A stretch of 62,575 bases of DNA, counting the filler, from Aduncisulcus paluster (Eukaryota), in NCBI GenBank assembly GCA_024181965.1. It is 7 parts of 7 records of this genome, joined end to end, with 100 filler letters (N's around TTAATTAATTAA, not from the genome) between each part and the next. Parts side by side here need not be neighbours in the genome. Positions count along the whole stretch, not along the records: positions 58,659 to 62,575 come from BQXS01010024.1; 6 more parts are not named here. The stretch is one strand, 5' to 3'. The stretch's first letter is position 1; each line of letters begins with the position of its first letter. Position numbers and translations under genes: made by a program. The notes under the pieces are model-generated. The model did no database searches, was not told the DNA's origin, and saw only the letters and a program-made list of their open reading frames with translations. Positions 58,661-62,575 of the stretch are shown one piece after another.

Positions 58661-61600
58661 TGTAATGTTAGTCCAGACACAGATTTCACATCATTCACAA
58701 ATCTTACAACACTCTCCTTGAATGACAATCCATTATACGATATCACTGAGTCTGGTCTTTTCCCATCGCCATCATCTCTCACTTCTTTCAGTGCCAACAA
58801 CACTTCAATCTCTCTGTTGTTCCATCTTGTTGCCAGCATGCCCAATCTGACTGAACTATCTCTGAACAACAATAATATCTCTGATCCTTCCCCATTGTAT
58901 GCTTTGTCCAGCAGTGGTTCTTGGAACAGCCTTGACTTGTCATATAATCATATCTGTGGTGGTGATAATGGTGATTCTGCGATTGAGATTATTCTTGCAG
59001 AAAAGCTATCTCTTTCTGTTGCAGATGTGAATGCCAATGATCAAGACTGCATATGTTCCTCTGATGACTTGGGATCGACTCCATTTGCTAACAACAAGGT
59101 CTGTGCTGAGACTCTACCTGGGGTATCTAACACATGGTATGTTGTATGTGCCAGTGATTCATTCACGTCATACACATCTGCTGAGGACTTTACATGTATC
59201 CAACCAGATTCATCCACCACGAACTGTTCTGGAGGCTGTGAGTATGGATATGAGTGTAGATATCTTGATGATGAAGTGATTGGTGATGATACTTTCACAA
59301 CAGGAGAGTGTCAGCAAGTGATCGTCGATGACAACTTACATGCATATGTTGCTGATATGTTTGTGGATTCTGATGGACAACCCGATTATACTCATCGAAT
59401 AGGAAAAACAGAAGACATTCCTTCTCTTTTCAGTGTGGCTTCGTTGCGGACCATTGTCAGTGTTGAAGATTCTGAAGGCAATATATCTCCAAGCCTGGTT
59501 TGTCAAGATACTTCCATTAGCGATTTGTCTGGTATTGAACATCTTGGAGGAATCCTTCGAATTGAGTTTTTGAATTGTATTCCATCCGATGATGTAAATA
59601 TTGAATTGATTTCCACCCTGACAAATTTAAAAATGCTATATTTCTACAATAATGTTAATATGACGTATCTCCCAGATTTGACTTTGTTGACAAATCTTGA
59701 CTTTCTCTCTATCGCCTCAACATCTATTGATTTGCCATCAGATCGTTATGTATTACCCAAGTTCATCAAGAGTTTGGTTCTATTTTCATCCAATGTTTCT
59801 CAAGATGGGTTTGATAAAAATGTTGGGTTTGCGAATATAAATTTTCTCGAAATTCTTATTATTGGTGGTGAAAATAATGCTATAACTTCCATTAATTCCT
59901 TGTCAACTATGAGTCAATTAGCCTCGATAAAAACTCTTATCGTTCAGAATTCACCGAACTTTGGCGATTCATTCAATAGTGTCATCGAAAACATGTCAAA
60001 TTTAGAAACACTTACTCTCCAATCATGTGACTTGGTCACCATTCCTGACCTTTCGAACAGCGCTGGTTCATTAACAAATATTAATTTGAATTCGAATCCT
60101 CTTTTAACAGCTCTTTCCCCAATTATTTCAGCTGGACTATCCAACCTTTCATCTCTCAATGTATCCGGATGTAACATTTCTGATCCTACCCCGTTGTATG
60201 CTTTATCTGGCAATAGTTCTTGTACCAGTCTTGATTTGTCCAATAATCATATCTGTGAGAGTGATAATGGTGATGCTCAGACTATTCTTGAAAGTAGGTT
60301 CAGTTCATGCCTTGATATTGTTATCAATGTTGATGATCAGGTATGTGAGTGTTCTGACTCCGATCCTATTCCAAATTTATCTGACAACAAAGTTTGCAGT
60401 GAGACCAAGCCTGGGTCTGGTTCATGGTTTGTTGTGTGTGCCAGTGATTCATACACGTCATACACTGATGCATCGACATTTTCATGCATTTCTCCAAACA
60501 ATGGTGATGGTACATTTGGATGTTCTGGAGGGTGTGAGTATGGATATGAGTGTAGATATGACTCAGAGTCGACCTCAACGTCGTGTCAGCGAGTGATAGT
60601 TGATCCTGAATTGCATTGGTATGTATATGAACTTTTGCCCGAGTCCCACCGTACTCTACAAAATTTGTATAGTATCGCTTCCTTGAAAACTCTTGTGTCT
60701 GAACCTTCTGTGCCAACATTGGCTGAGACTCCCAGTCCACGACTTGTGAGCAATGATGCTAATCGAATTGTCAGTGACCTCTCTGGTCTTGAGCACCTTA
60801 CAAATGTGACATATATGAGTTTTGGTTATTTAGATATCTCAGAAGCGAATGATCTTGAACCGTTTACAACCCTCACGAATCTCACATATCTTTACATTGT
60901 AAAACTAAAAGACACTACTCTTCCTAGCTTTGATCTTCCCGATTTAACACCTCTAACAGATCTTGAAACCTTGAATATCACGAATTCACCATTCTCTTTG
61001 CCATCAGATAAATATGTCCTCCCATTGCGTCTCAAATATCTATATATGTATGGAACACCGATAGATCAAGACGGGTTTGACAAAAATATCGGGAATGATC
61101 GACTGTTGTATCTCGAATCGTTGTATTTCGGTTCTGAGACTTGTCTCATCTCTTCGATCGATTCCTTGTCTGCAAACCAGCGGACAACGATGAAGGACTT
61201 CACTTTTACTGATACTCCGATTCCTCAAAGTTTCTTTGGTGTCATTTCGAGCATGACAAATTTACACAGAATAGATTTGGGAGGAACCGAATTGACCGAA
61301 TTTCCAGATCTTTCAAAAAGTAAGAATTCTCTTGAAATTGTTTTATTTGGACAAAATCCTGCAATAACTTCCCTTGTTCCCTTGGTACAAATGAACTTGT
61401 CAAAGATTTCTTCCATTAATTTCCCCAATTGTTCTATTTCTGATATTTCCCCATTGTATGATCTTCCAACCATTTCTCTGGTTAGATTAGTTAATAACAA
61501 GCTATGTTTAGGTTCTGATGCCGTTTCTATCCTCGGGGAGAAGTTTACTCAAGATGCATTTAATAGGATTATTGGAGGATTCACACAGAATTGTGAATGT

Positions 61601-62575
61601 TCCTCAGATAGCACTGAGATTGGCTATAGCGATACCCCGATCACTGACAACAAGGTCTGCAGTGAGACTCTGCCTGGATCTGGTTCATGGCATTATGTGT
61701 GTTCCAGTCATAGCATTGCATCATACACATCTGCCGATACCTTCGAGTGTCTGACTACTGACAATGGAGATGGCACATATGGATGTTCTGGCGGGTGTGA
61801 GTATGGATATGAGTGTAGATATGATTCAGATTCAGAATTATCCTCGTGTCAGCAAGTGATAGTTGATGACAACTTACATGCTTATGTTGCCGATATGTTT
61901 GTGGATTCTGATGGACAACCCGATTATACTCATCGAATAGGAAAAACAGAAGATGATCCTTCCCTTTTCAGTGTGGCTTCATTGCGGACCATTTCCACTT
62001 CCACTCTGTCAAATGATGGTTTTGCTCTCTCCAACTCTGATAGATTCACCTTGCTTGATGGAATTGAACATATCCGCTCTCTTACATCCATTTCGTTGCC
62101 ATATCACAACTTTGTGAGTACTGATCCATTGGGTTCTCTACATGGTCTTGAGTCCCTTTCCCTTGCCCATAACATGTATGGTGCTCCTGAGGATGCTGAT
62201 GGGAATGCCATTGAAGGCTTTTCTGATCTATCGTTCATCTGCTCCCTTCACTCACTCTCCACTCTGACCCTCTCTTCTGTCACTTCTGTGTCTGCTCTTC
62301 CCGACACTTCCGAGTGTGCTGATACATACACCTCCTTGAGCTCTCTCAATCTCGCCGAAACATCCATTATTGATGTTAGTGCTCTTCTTGTTGCTGCCGA
62401 CTCTACCAATGTTTCGTTGACGGAGCTGATAATGAATGGTGTGTCGTTGTATGATGATGTTGCAGAAACGACTTCATTGTTTGACCCATCCATTCTTGAG
62501 AGTTTCTCTTCCATTTCCTCCTTAGGCCTTGCCTCCCTGGGTCTTGTAGATTCCGATCTCTTATCCATTGTGCAT
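58661..62575 (+). CDS. Giant modular LRR (internalin-like)/Cys-rich surface protein, partial at both ends (>1300 aa; absent from the ORF track because it has no stop)
   Basis: Frame CNVSPDTDFTSFTNLTTLSLNDNPL... Three ~420-430-aa modules, each with LRRs + ISDPSPLY..LDLSxNHIC + NKVCxETxPG..W..VCASDS + CSGGCEYGYECRY (at ~59237, ~60533, ~61796). Confidence 0.85.

Overview
AT-rich, gene-dense eukaryotic (protist) DNA using the standard genetic code, with short GT-AG introns. Gene content points to a free-living flagellated fornicate (Aduncisulcus/Carpediemonas-like); this is an inference from protein-family style, not a search. The window is seven contigs joined by 100-nt N44-TTAATTAATTAA-N44 linkers. 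It also has seven 20-N gaps flanked by duplicated, sometimes allelic, overlaps, which split or inflate several ORFs in the supplied track. Recognisable genes: alpha2delta/CACHD1-like VWA-Cache protein, CFAP65, CDC48 C-terminus, Tpt1/KptA, RPE (apparent 5-nt microexon), TK1, LPCAT-like acyltransferase, a probable PI4KIII-alpha N-terminal part, a GBP-like pseudo-GTPase, LRR/Cys-rich and Pmp-like surface proteins, and several members of an expanded 'PIPRD(D)P' beta-domain family, one fused to a kinase. Features missing from the ORF track: (1) a 642-bp hAT-type MITE (26-bp TIRs, 8-bp TSD) inserted in the first codons of a PIPRD gene, amplified into a 5-core tandem array, and supplying a new in-frame ATG from its own terminus; (2) a divergent U2 snRNA gene on the minus strand; (3) a second, Ac/Ds-like hAT element; (4) a GGTATTACC fold-back element end; (5) a >1300-aa open LRR frame running off the window end.
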